This document shows, piece by piece, positions 1 to 8,623 of a stretch of 64,000 nucleotides of DNA. Each line of letters opens with the position of its first letter. Position 1 is the first letter of the stretch. Location: IMG/VR virus record IMGVR_UViG_3300028073_000008, positions 32,001 through 96,000 of that record; one strand, given 5' to 3'. The notes beneath the pieces are model-generated. The model saw only the letters and a list, made by a program, of their open reading frames with translations, was not told the DNA's origin and searched no databases. The stretch is from a virus. Made by a program: the position numbers and the translations under genes.

Positions 1-32
1 TGGTGTTTATAACTATTGGATGAAACGCGGAA

Positions 33-455
33 ATGACATTGTTTGGAAAAAAGGCGTCAGTTGTTTCAAGCCTGATGGTACTTGGGAAATTATTGATACT
101 GACTTTCGCTAGTTCAACTGCGTTGGCTGGTGAACCGTTCAAGTATGATTCTACCCTAGTAAACAGGCCAGCTGATCTTTCATTTGGTTGGTTTAAAAAA
201 CTGGATGAAGATCAAGAAACGGCCTATGTTTCATCTATGGTACATGCCTTGATGTATGCGGATAACGGTCAAAGAGTAGAATGGTATAAAAACGGTGCTT
301 ATGGGTTTGCTGTGCCAGTTTATACTAAATCTACAGGGGGTGGCTATTGTAGGCGCATACAGGCCTATGTATATGCTTTTAATCAGGAAAGGCAATTTAG
401 CGAAACTGCCTGTTATACTAATTTCAACGACAGTTGGAGATGGGTAGTTGAGTAA
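33..455 (+). CDS. secreted surface-antigen-like protein (RT0821/Lpp0805-like)
   Basis: signal peptide; C-terminal YCR...F.ETAC...W pattern. Confidence 0.55.
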   Translation: MTLFGKKASVVSSLMVLGKLLILTFASSTALAGEPFKYDSTLVNRPADLSFGWFKKLDEDQETAYVSSMVHALMYADNGQRVEWYKNGAYGFAVPVYTKSTGGGYCRRIQAYVYAFNQERQFSETACYTNFNDSWRWVVE

Positions 456-1800
456 TAAATATACAACGATGAAAATAAGAATCACAGATAAAATAATTGC
501 CTATTTGACTCTATTAAGCGGCCTTAGCATCAGTGCTGTGGCCGTTTATTATTCTGTGGCGGGATTGGTATCTATATTTGCTGCCGCTGCTGTACCTATT
601 ATGGTCATGGGCATCACACTGGAAGTCAGCAAACTAATAGCCACTGTATGGCTAAAGCAGAATTGGTCTATAGCACCTAAATTAATCAGAGCCTATTTAA
701 TGATAGCGGTATTCACGCTGATGTTGATTACCTCTATGGGTATTTTTGGATACCTTTCAAAGGCACATCTTGATCAAGCAGTGCCAACTGGTGACGTAGC
801 CGCAAAAATTGAACTGATCGACGAAAAGATAAAAACACAAAGAGATAACATCTCTACCGCTCAGGCTGCTATCAGGCAAATGGATAATCAAGTCAACGAG
901 ATGTTGAGCCGTAGTACCGATAATAAAGGTACAGAACGTGCTGTTCAGATTCGACGTAACCAAGCCAAGGAAAGAGAAAAGCTAGCAGCAGATATTGGTA
1001 GAGCCCAAACAGAAATAGCCAAGCTCAACGAAGAACGAGCTCCTATAGCCAAAGAGCTTCGCAAAGTAGAAGCCGAAGTTGGACCTATCAAATATATTGC
1101 TGCCTTGATATATGATACCAACCCCGGCCCCGAACTGTTAGAAAAAGCAGTACGTTGGGTTATCATATTGATCGTGTTCATCTTCGATCCTTTGGCCGTG
1201 GTGTTGCTACTGGCCAGTCAATACAGCTTCAGTTGGTTTAGAAAACGTGAAGATGAAGAATTTGAACAAGAATTAGAAAAGAAACGAGCAGTCGCAGAAG
1301 CACTAGATAAGAAAGAAGATCTGCCAGTGCCTACGACTATAGTTCCTGTAAACCTAGACAATGAAGATGCCGACAACGATGTTGTAGTTGTTAAAGAAGA
1401 TCATACCCAATCATGGCCTCCAGTTTCTGACAAATGGCCGTTTCCGGTAGCTCAACGTCCGGATGAAGAAAAAGAACCTGAGATTACAGCTGACAGTTTG
1501 AATCCTGTTGACCAATGGAACAAACTGATAGCAGAAGCTGAAAAAGCTGCCGAAGAAGAAAATAAAAAACTAAAAGAAGAAGATCCTATCGAAGAAGAAG
1601 GCGATACCGAAGAACTAGTAAAAGCCAAGACACAGTGGAAACAGGATCATCCCGATGACAGCCTCAAACATCAAAGACAACTGCTAGAGCTTGGTGTTAT
1701 CAAAGTTCTACCTTGGACAGTACCGCCATATTTTGATCCAACTCCTACTGGTTTACAGATCATACCTGACCTCGAAGAAGATCTAAAAAAAAAGATCTGA
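448..1800 (+). CDS. membrane-anchored coiled-coil protein with acidic tail; ends at slippery A9G run
   Basis: N-terminal TM helices, long coiled coil, FDPLAV TM segment. Confidence 0.7.
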   Translation: MSNKYTTMKIRITDKIIAYLTLLSGLSISAVAVYYSVAGLVSIFAAAAVPIMVMGITLEVSKLIATVWLKQNWSIAPKLIRAYLMIAVFTLMLITSMGIFGYLSKAHLDQAVPTGDVAAKIELIDEKIKTQRDNISTAQAAIRQMDNQVNEMLSRSTDNKGTERAVQIRRNQAKEREKLAADIGRAQTEIAKLNEERAPIAKELRKVEAEVGPIKYIAALIYDTNPGPELLEKAVRWVIILIVFIFDPLAVVLLLASQYSFSWFRKREDEEFEQELEKKRAVAEALDKKEDLPVPTTIVPVNLDNEDADNDVVVVKEDHTQSWPPVSDKWPFPVAQRPDEEKEPEITADSLNPVDQWNKLIAEAEKAAEEENKKLKEEDPIEEEGDTEELVKAKTQWKQDHPDDSLKHQRQLLELGVIKVLPWTVPPYFDPTPTGLQIIPDLEEDLKKKI

Positions 1801-1892
1801 CCTACATTGAAAAAATAGGCAAGGATCAAATAACTAAAACTGTTTCTTATGTACAAAATGCCGAGCAAGGTAACAGCACTATATGGGCTAAA

Positions 1893-2114
1893 TTGAACAA
1901 GAACGCCGAAACTGTTCGATTCCAATATCTTAATAATCTATACGGCTATCTAAACAATGACAAGATTGATGCTTACGAATTTCCTGAAGTAGAAGATGAA
2001 GAATATAAACGTATAGTAGGCATGATTATACAATTAAGAAATAGGTTGATTACTCCAGATGATCTCAACAATGACGATCTAGTCACTATCGTAGAAATAT
2101 TAGCCAAGATATGA
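1893..2114 (+). CDS. hypothetical; probably the -1 frameshift extension of 448..1800
   Basis: TTG start without clear SD; frame is open back to the A9G run. Confidence 0.5.
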   Translation: MNKNAETVRFQYLNNLYGYLNNDKIDAYEFPEVEDEEYKRIVGMIIQLRNRLITPDDLNNDDLVTIVEILAKI

Positions 2115-2479
2115 TTACTATAGTAACACCGCCAGATAACAACCTAGGAGACGAATTTAAGATACTCTTAGTAGGGCTTACCGCGGAACAAACGGATACT
2201 GCTAGCAAAGCACTGTTAGATCACGAAGGTCCAGATATCATAGTCTATATGTGGACACAAGGCGAAACACATTGGCTCTTAGATAAAAAGCTCAAGAGCG
2301 ATCTTATCGTATTCAATGCCGAACACGATGACCAAATAGTAGTGGGATATATGGCTGCTCAATTAAATGCTTATTATTTTGGTAATCTCAGATCTTTGAA
2401 CAGTATTAACAAACGTGTATTATATACACAGTCAGATTTTTCTGATATTCTAAGGAGAACTATTAACTCACATGAGTAA
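2111..2479 (+). CDS. hypothetical protein
   Basis: ORF with ATGA overlap. Confidence 0.6.
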   Translation: MITIVTPPDNNLGDEFKILLVGLTAEQTDTASKALLDHEGPDIIVYMWTQGETHWLLDKKLKSDLIVFNAEHDDQIVVGYMAAQLNAYYFGNLRSLNSINKRVLYTQSDFSDILRRTINSHE

Positions 2480-2723
2480 ACATTTTAACAACGGCGACTT
2501 TCCTAAGAAAGGTACCAAAGTCTATCTCAGAGAAGGTGAGCCTATCGAACGAGCTTTAAAGAAGCTCAAAAACAAAGTCAATGACGCTAAGATTTTTGAT
2601 GCTCTAAGAGAAAAAGAGCATTACGTGAAACCGTCCGAACGCAGGAAGAAAGCCAAATCGGCTGCTGTGGCAAGATGGAAGAAATTCCTAAAAAGCCAAG
2701 ATCTACCAAAAAGAATGTATTGA
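2472..2723 (+). CDS. rpsU: ribosomal protein bS21
   Basis: V..REGEPIERALKKLK...LREKEHYVKPSERRK motif. Confidence 0.9.
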   Translation: MSKHFNNGDFPKKGTKVYLREGEPIERALKKLKNKVNDAKIFDALREKEHYVKPSERRKKAKSAAVARWKKFLKSQDLPKRMY

Positions 2724-2749
2724 CAAATACTTAAGAAAGGTGTTATAAT
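2720..2749 (+). promoter_or_regulatory. sigma70-type promoter
   Basis: TTGACA-18-TATAAT with TG extension. Confidence 0.7.
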
Positions 2750-2755
2750 AATATC

Positions 2756-3337
2756 ATGAATACAGATATCATGATAGACCTTGAAACATTGGCCACATCA
2801 CCTGATGCGGCCATTCTCACAATTGGTGCTGTTCGTTTTGATCCATTTGGTATGGATCTTAAAGAGCCCAAGATGGATAGTTTTTATGTCAAGGTTGACA
2901 TAGACACCTGTCACAATATTGGATTGACGACCAGCGATGCTACACTAGATTGGTGGGCATCACAATCCCCAGAAGCACAAGCAGAAGCGTTCGGAGCAGA
3001 AGGTCGCATAGCTATTCACGAAGCTATGAATCAGCTGTATAAATTCTGTTGGGGTGCTAAACGTGTTTGGAGTCACGGTGCTGGCTTCGATGTCGTTATC
3101 TGCGAAAATATCTTTAGAAAGCTCAATAAGGCTATTCCCTGGAACTTTTGGCAGGTACGTGACACACGTACACTTTATGACCTCGGCTTAGAATTCGATA
3201 GGCCGCAGGTACTCAAACATCATGCTCTACATGATGCTTATAGTCAAGCAGTAGGCGTACAAAACATCATCCGTAAATTGCGTGGTTCTACTACCTACGA
3301 CGGACAGATGATACAACCATTCAAAGAGTTCAAATGA
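2756..3337 (+). CDS. DEDD 3'-5' exonuclease (DUF5051/exonuclease VIII-like)
   Basis: MIDLETL, WSHGAGFD, RDTRT, HHALHDA motifs. Confidence 0.85.
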   Translation: MNTDIMIDLETLATSPDAAILTIGAVRFDPFGMDLKEPKMDSFYVKVDIDTCHNIGLTTSDATLDWWASQSPEAQAEAFGAEGRIAIHEAMNQLYKFCWGAKRVWSHGAGFDVVICENIFRKLNKAIPWNFWQVRDTRTLYDLGLEFDRPQVLKHHALHDAYSQAVGVQNIIRKLRGSTTYDGQMIQPFKEFK

Positions 3338-3507
3338 AAAAGTTTTTATCTTGGTTCCAGCAACATAGACAGACTATCGGTTATACTATTGGTGCGTTAA
3401 ACGCACTGACAGGAGTAGCCAACATCGCGATAGGTCATTTCTTAGAAGGAATTTTCTGGGTCGTGATCGGGACAGCTATCATCGTAGATACAAAATACTT
3501 CAAATGA
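3334..3507 (+). CDS. small membrane protein (57 aa, not in ORF track)
   Basis: ATGA overlap with upstream stop; two hydrophobic helices. Confidence 0.55.
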   Translation: MKKFLSWFQQHRQTIGYTIGALNALTGVANIAIGHFLEGIFWVVIGTAIIVDTKYFK

Positions 3508-3518
3508 TGGGTTGATCG

Positions 3519-4538
3519 ATGAGAATCGAAGACGAAATTAAACTTGATTTCAGCGACGTGCTGATTAGACCAAAACGCAGTACTCTAGCAAGCCGTAAAG
3601 AAGTAGATCTAACTCGCACATACAAATTTAAACACAGTGGGTTTGAATGGACTGGTGTACCGGTTATGGCATCCAACATGGATGGAGTCGGTACTATTGA
3701 GATGGCTCGGGCATTGTACAAGCATCAGCTGTTTACCTGTTTGGTCAAAAGCTACGCAGAAGATGATCTATATGAACTAGCAAGTAAATTTGGCGGAAAC
3801 TATTTTGCTGTTAGCACAGGTACCAGTGACGCCGATTTCAATAAGCTGAAAAGAATCTTAAATTCTTACCCCGAAGTACACTTTATCTGTATAGACATAG
3901 CTAATGGATATAGTGAACATTTTGGTGACTATGTTGCTAGAGTAAGAACAGAATTTCCTAAAGCAACAATTATCGCAGGTAATGTAGTTACCGCTGATAT
4001 GACACAGGAGTTGATTCTACGTGGCGCAGATATTATCAAAGTTGGGATTGGGCCAGGAAGCGTATGTACGACTAGGGTTCAAACTGGTGTTGGGTATCCT
4101 CAGCTTTCCGCTATTATTGAATGTGCTGATGCTGCTCATGGCCTTGGCGGACACATCATTGCTGATGGAGGATGTACCTGTCCTGGAGACATCGCAAAAG
4201 CTTTTGGTGCTGGCGCTGATTTTGTCATGCTTGGCGGTATGCTAGCAGGGCACGATGAGGGCGGTGGCACAGTAGAAAACGATATGGTAACATTTTATGG
4301 AATGAGTTCAGATACTGCTATGAACAAACATCACGGTGGTGTTGCTGAATATCGTAGTAGCGAAGGACGTACAGTTAGTATTCCATATCGCGGAGCAGTA
4401 AAAGACACAGTACTAAATATTCTAGGCGGGTTGCGTAGTACCTGTACATATGTTGGCGCACCCACGCTAAAACAGCTTTCAAAGTGTACTACATTTATTC
4501 GTGTCAGTAGACAAATAAATGATGTATTTCTGAGATAA
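3519..4538 (+). CDS. guaC: GMP reductase
   Basis: [37 protein letters not shown]. Confidence 0.95.
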   Translation: MRIEDEIKLDFSDVLIRPKRSTLASRKEVDLTRTYKFKHSGFEWTGVPVMASNMDGVGTIEMARALYKHQLFTCLVKSYAEDDLYELASKFGGNYFAVSTGTSDADFNKLKRILNSYPEVHFICIDIANGYSEHFGDYVARVRTEFPKATIIAGNVVTADMTQELILRGADIIKVGIGPGSVCTTRVQTGVGYPQLSAIIECADAAHGLGGHIIADGGCTCPGDIAKAFGAGADFVMLGGMLAGHDEGGGTVENDMVTFYGMSSDTAMNKHHGGVAEYRSSEGRTVSIPYRGAVKDTVLNILGGLRSTCTYVGAPTLKQLSKCTTFIRVSRQINDVFLR

Positions 4539-4545
4539 ATAAATT

Positions 4546-4621
4546 TGTTACGGTGCCCAGGTGGGGCTGTAACAGGGGCAGTTGCCCAAAACTTACTCGC
4601 TTATTAAAGGAGAAAACGATG
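4546..4621 (+). promoter_or_regulatory. ROSE-like RNA thermometer 5' UTR of dnaK
   Basis: upstream hairpin plus CUCGCU pairing with AGGAG with a bulged G; repeated before hsp20. Confidence 0.65.
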
Positions 4622-6508
4622 AGTAAAATCATAGGTATCGATCTAGGTACCACTAATTCATGCGTTGCTATTATCGAAAGCAACATTCCAAAAGTAATCG
4701 AAAACAGCGAGGGTGCTAGAACTACACCGTCTATTATCGCTTATAGTGATGACGAAGTCCTAGTAGGAGCACCAGCTAAACGACAAGCTGTAACAAACCC
4801 TAAAAATACTCTATATGCTGTCAAGCGTTTGATTGGACGCAAGTTCAAAGAAGATGCTGTACAGAAAGATATCGACTTGATGCCGTTTGAGATCATGGAA
4901 TCTAAGAATGGCGATGCTTGGGTAAAGGCTAACGGAAAAGAATTGGCTCCTCCACAAGTATCAGCAGAAGTTCTGCGCAAGATGAAAAAGACCGCAGAAG
5001 ACTATCTCGGTCATGAAGTCACCCAAGCAGTTATTACTGTACCTGCGTACTTCAACGACAGCCAACGCCAAGCTACTAAGGACGCTGGCAAGATCGCAGG
5101 ACTAGAAGTACTGCGTATTATCAATGAACCAACAGCAGCCGCACTGGCCTACGGTGTTGACAAAGCAGACAAGCGTGATCGTAAGATTGCGGTCTACGAC
5201 TTAGGTGGTGGTACATTTGATATTTCAATCATCGAAATCGCTAACGTCGACGGCGACAAGCAAATCGAAGTGTTGTCTACAAACGGTGACACATTCCTGG
5301 GTGGTGAAGACTTTGACCAACGTATCATGGACTACCTAGTAGATGAGTTCAAAAAAGAAAGTGGTATCGATCTCAAGAAAGACACATTGGCGCTACAGCG
5401 TTTGAAAGATTCAGCTGAAAAGGCCAAGATCGAACTGTCTAGCAGTTCACAAACTGAAGTCAACTTGCCATACATCACAGCTGATGCTTCAGGTCCTAAG
5501 CATCTAAATGTCAAGATCACTCGCGCTAAGTTTGAAGCATTAGTTGACGATTTGATCAAACGTTCTCTAGAACCTTGTAAGACCGCTATGAAAGACGCGG
5601 GTGTAAGTGCCAGCGACATTGACGAAGTTATCCTAGTCGGTGGTCAGACACGTATGCCTAAAGTACAAGAAGCAGTTGAGAAACTGTTTGGTAAAGCACC
5701 ACGTAAAGATGTCAATCCAGACGAAGCAGTAGCAGCTGGTGCTGCTATCCAAGGTGCCGTACTAGGTGGCGATCGCACAGACGTTCTATTGCTAGACGTT
5801 ACACCATTGAGTCTTGGTATCGAAACCATGGGCGGTGTGTTTGCTAGATTGATCGACAAGAACACTACTATTCCTACCAAGAAGAGTCAGATCTTTAGCA
5901 CAGCAGAAGATAATCAACCTGCTGTTACTATTAAGGTATATCAAGGCGAACGTGATTTGGTACAATACAATAAGATGTTGGGTGTGTTCAATCTAGAAGG
6001 TATCGCCCCTGCTCCTAGAGGTATTCCGCAGATTGAAGTGACCTTTGATATCGATGCTAATGGTATCATGAACATCGGTGCTAAAGACAAAGGTACTAAC
6101 AAGGAAGCCAAGATCACTATCAAAAGCGATAGCGGTCTAAGCGAATCCGAGATCCAGACGATGATCAAGGAAGCAGAAGAAAACGCCGAGAGCGATAAGA
6201 AACAACGTGAACTTATCGAAGCTCGCAACAGTGCTGAAGCTTTGATTAACTCTACCAAGAAAGATTTGGAAGAACTCAAAGATCAGTTGACAGCTGATGA
6301 TATCACTAAGTTAGAAGAAGCTGTCAAGGCAGCAGAAGACTCATTAGGCTCCGACGATAAAGAAACTATCGGCGAAAAGGTCAATGAAATCTACGCTGCT
6401 TCTAAACCTCTGTTTGACGCCAAAGCCAAGAAAATGGAAGACAGCCAAAAAACAGAGGATAAGAAAGACGATAATGTGGTTGACGCAGAGTTCAAGCAGA
6501 CTACATAA
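4619..6508 (+). CDS. dnaK: chaperone DnaK (Hsp70)
   Basis: [38 protein letters not shown] tail; SD AAGGAG. Confidence 0.98.
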   Translation: MSKIIGIDLGTTNSCVAIIESNIPKVIENSEGARTTPSIIAYSDDEVLVGAPAKRQAVTNPKNTLYAVKRLIGRKFKEDAVQKDIDLMPFEIMESKNGDAWVKANGKELAPPQVSAEVLRKMKKTAEDYLGHEVTQAVITVPAYFNDSQRQATKDAGKIAGLEVLRIINEPTAAALAYGVDKADKRDRKIAVYDLGGGTFDISIIEIANVDGDKQIEVLSTNGDTFLGGEDFDQRIMDYLVDEFKKESGIDLKKDTLALQRLKDSAEKAKIELSSSSQTEVNLPYITADASGPKHLNVKITRAKFEALVDDLIKRSLEPCKTAMKDAGVSASDIDEVILVGGQTRMPKVQEAVEKLFGKAPRKDVNPDEAVAAGAAIQGAVLGGDRTDVLLLDVTPLSLGIETMGGVFARLIDKNTTIPTKKSQIFSTAEDNQPAVTIKVYQGERDLVQYNKMLGVFNLEGIAPAPRGIPQIEVTFDIDANGIMNIGAKDKGTNKEAKITIKSDSGLSESEIQTMIKEAEENAESDKKQRELIEARNSAEALINSTKKDLEELKDQLTADDITKLEEAVKAAEDSLGSDDKETIGEKVNEIYAASKPLFDAKAKKMEDSQKTEDKKDDNVVDAEFKQTT

Positions 6509-6515
6509 TCGTATA

Positions 6516-6574
6516 GTGCGGTGCCCGGGTGGGGCCGCACATAACGTTCTTGCTTATTAAAGGAGAAAACTATG
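6516..6574 (+). promoter_or_regulatory. ROSE-like RNA thermometer 5' UTR of hsp20
   Basis: GTGCGG/CCGCAC stem plus CUUGCU pairing with AGGAG. Confidence 0.7.
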
Positions 6575-7012
6575 AACGCATTAAATAGATTTGACGCAAA
6601 CGCTCTTAATAGGGCTCTAATTGGTTTTGATACAATGTTCGATCAACTCGAACGTCGTTTCGCTAACCAAATCCAAAACAATTATCCACCTCACAATATT
6701 ATCAGGACTGGTGAAAACACCTACGCCATCGAAGTGGCTGTAGCTGGCTTTGCCAAGAATGAAGTTTCAGTCACCATCGAAAATAATGAACTTTCGATCA
6801 AGGGCGAAAAGGTAGATACCGTCGTAGACGAAAATATCCAGTATCTACATCGCGGGCTAGCTAGTCGCGATTTTGTTCGCGTGTTCCCTCTTGCTGAACA
6901 CATCGAAGTTAAAGGTGCCGAAATCAAGGACGGAATTCTCACAGTTAAGTTGGAGCGAATCGTCCCTGAAGAACTGAAACCACGTGTTATCGACGTAGTG
7001 GAAGTCAAGTAA
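6572..7012 (+). CDS. ibpA: small heat shock protein (IbpA/Hsp20)
   Basis: YPPHNI, EVAVAGF, YLHRGLA.R.F, GIL.V.LER.VPE. Confidence 0.92.
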   Translation: MNALNRFDANALNRALIGFDTMFDQLERRFANQIQNNYPPHNIIRTGENTYAIEVAVAGFAKNEVSVTIENNELSIKGEKVDTVVDENIQYLHRGLASRDFVRVFPLAEHIEVKGAEIKDGILTVKLERIVPEELKPRVIDVVEVK

Positions 7013-7023
7013 ATAGTAAAACA

Positions 7024-7045
7024 GAGGGAGGGGAAACTCTCCCTC
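7024..7045 (+). other. GAAA-tetraloop hairpin between hsp20 and clpS
   Basis: GAGGGAGGG-GAAA-CTCTCCCTC, no U tract. Confidence 0.6.
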
Positions 7046-7060
7046 ACCATGGAGCCTAAA

Positions 7061-7360
7061 ATGACAACTGATATTCAAATTGATCAAAAGATTAAAATCG
7101 AAATTTCACCTCCTAAGTACTGGAAAGTGATTTTTCTGAATGACGATCAAACGCCAATGGAATTCGTAATTGACGTTCTAAAAACTATTTTTAGGCACGA
7201 CGAAGGCAAAGCACGTGAACTAACTTTAGAAGTACATGAATCTGGTTCTGCTGTAGCAGGTGTTTATACATATGAAATCGCAGAACACAAAGGTACTGAA
7301 GCTAGTAGAGCTGCTTTAGAAAATGGATTTCCTCTACAGATTCGTGTAGAAGAAGAATAA
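7061..7360 (+). CDS. clpS: ClpS N-end rule adaptor
   Basis: VIFLNDDQTPMEFVI, VHESG.A..G.Y..EIAE, FPL. Confidence 0.92.
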   Translation: MTTDIQIDQKIKIEISPPKYWKVIFLNDDQTPMEFVIDVLKTIFRHDEGKARELTLEVHESGSAVAGVYTYEIAEHKGTEASRAALENGFPLQIRVEEE

Positions 7361-7412
7361 TTTTTCGGCCACCGTCCAGGCTCACTAAATACCTTGACAT
7401 TTAGGAGACAGC

Positions 7413-7961
7413 ATGAGCCTTAAAGAACTCACACAAGAAAAACACAAAGACGCAGAACGTACCGCTTTTGCTAAATTGTTACTAAGCGGTTCTATTGATA
7501 AAGAACAATATGCCAACTATCTTTTACAGATGTTGGAAATCTACAGCGTGTTAGAATACCACGCTGCCAATCATGGGTTGCTTACAGACCTAACAGGTCT
7601 ACCTAGATCAAAAGCTATCTATGAAGATCTAATCGAACTATCAGAAGATGGTACAGGTCGAGTGTTACAGGCAACAGTAGACTATGTTAGCTATCTACAT
7701 CAATTGGCTGAAACTAATCCTAACAATCTAATGGCTCACTTGTATGTCCGCCACATGGGTGATCTATATGGCGGCCAGATGATAGCTAAAAAAGTACCTG
7801 GTAAAGGTAAGTTTTATCAGTTCACAGACAAAGACGGACTCATAGCCAAGATTCGTGCCAAACTAGACGACAGTATGGGTGACGAAGCCAACGTAGCATT
7901 TGATCACGCTATCAATATCATGAAGGAACTAAATGAGTCAAGTTTGGTCCACGCTGATTGA
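7413..7961 (+). CDS. heme oxygenase (HemO/Ho1-like)
   Basis: LKELT.EKH..AE, AHLYVRHMGDLYGGQ, EANVAF. Confidence 0.9.
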   Translation: MSLKELTQEKHKDAERTAFAKLLLSGSIDKEQYANYLLQMLEIYSVLEYHAANHGLLTDLTGLPRSKAIYEDLIELSEDGTGRVLQATVDYVSYLHQLAETNPNNLMAHLYVRHMGDLYGGQMIAKKVPGKGKFYQFTDKDGLIAKIRAKLDDSMGDEANVAFDHAINIMKELNESSLVHAD

Positions 7962-8613
7962 TATTCAGCATTTGCTAGAAGAAAGGTTTAATGCCACAGG
8001 AACCGAGATCAACGAACCAGGAATGGATAGGTTTAATCAGCCTGGTTGGGTTAATCGTGTGTGGACTTCTGATGTTTATCGTCGTGCTCACATCGATGTG
8101 GTAGATGCTCGTGAAACTCGCAGCCTATGGATGATGCACTGCTGTATATTTCCCCACACACATAATCCTGCTCCTATATGGGGTTTTGATGTAGTAGCTG
8201 GTAAAAACAAAATCACGGGCTGTTTCCACGACTACTCGGCAGCAGGAGACAAACATCATCCTATGATGGATTGGTTTGGCGATTATGTCAGTAATCTAGA
8301 ATGGCGCAAGGTACGTGAATTACCTGACTGGGCACAGCGTATATTCAGCCCACATATGGTGGCTGCTAGCAATATACAAGCAGAAGAAGAACTAGAACAG
8401 ATCACACAGATGGCCCGAGATACGCTAGAACACTATCTTAGCACAGTAGCTGAAACTAATAACACCCACGCAGATACCACAGAATATCAAAATTACTATG
8501 CTATAAATCAAAAGCAAAACCCGCATACACCGCGTGTAATGGCTAGTTTAGGGTTAGATGAAGAAGATGTACGTGTTTTTATCCAAGATTGCCTGTTCCC
8601 AGAGATTCGATAA
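7933..8613 (+). CDS. ferredoxin-dependent bilin reductase (PcyA/PcyX-like)
   Basis: RRAH, MMHCCIFP, PIWGFD, RELPDWA.RIFS, QKQNPHT; follows heme oxygenase. Confidence 0.85.
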   Translation: MSQVWSTLIDIQHLLEERFNATGTEINEPGMDRFNQPGWVNRVWTSDVYRRAHIDVVDARETRSLWMMHCCIFPHTHNPAPIWGFDVVAGKNKITGCFHDYSAAGDKHHPMMDWFGDYVSNLEWRKVRELPDWAQRIFSPHMVAASNIQAEEELEQITQMARDTLEHYLSTVAETNNTHADTTEYQNYYAINQKQNPHTPRVMASLGLDEEDVRVFIQDCLFPEIR

Positions 8614-8623
8614 ATATTAAACT

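Noticed and set aside
4553-4618. N-terminal extension of DnaK in the ORF track
   Set aside because: The true start is ATG 4619 after AAGGAG; the extension is the structured UTR.
4530-4620. CIRCE or sigma32 heat-shock element
   Set aside because: No TTAGCACTC-N9-GAGTGCTAA and no convincing sigma32 boxes.
4741-6279. Long antisense ORFs within dnaK and other conserved genes
   Set aside because: Shadow frames with no SD or recognisable motifs.
7024-7045. Intrinsic terminator after hsp20
   Set aside because: Strong hairpin but no U tract; kept only as a structural element.
7413-8613. Cyanophage assignment from bilin genes
   Set aside because: No psbA, hli or cpeT in the window; DnaK, GuaC and the curli genes look proteobacterial.
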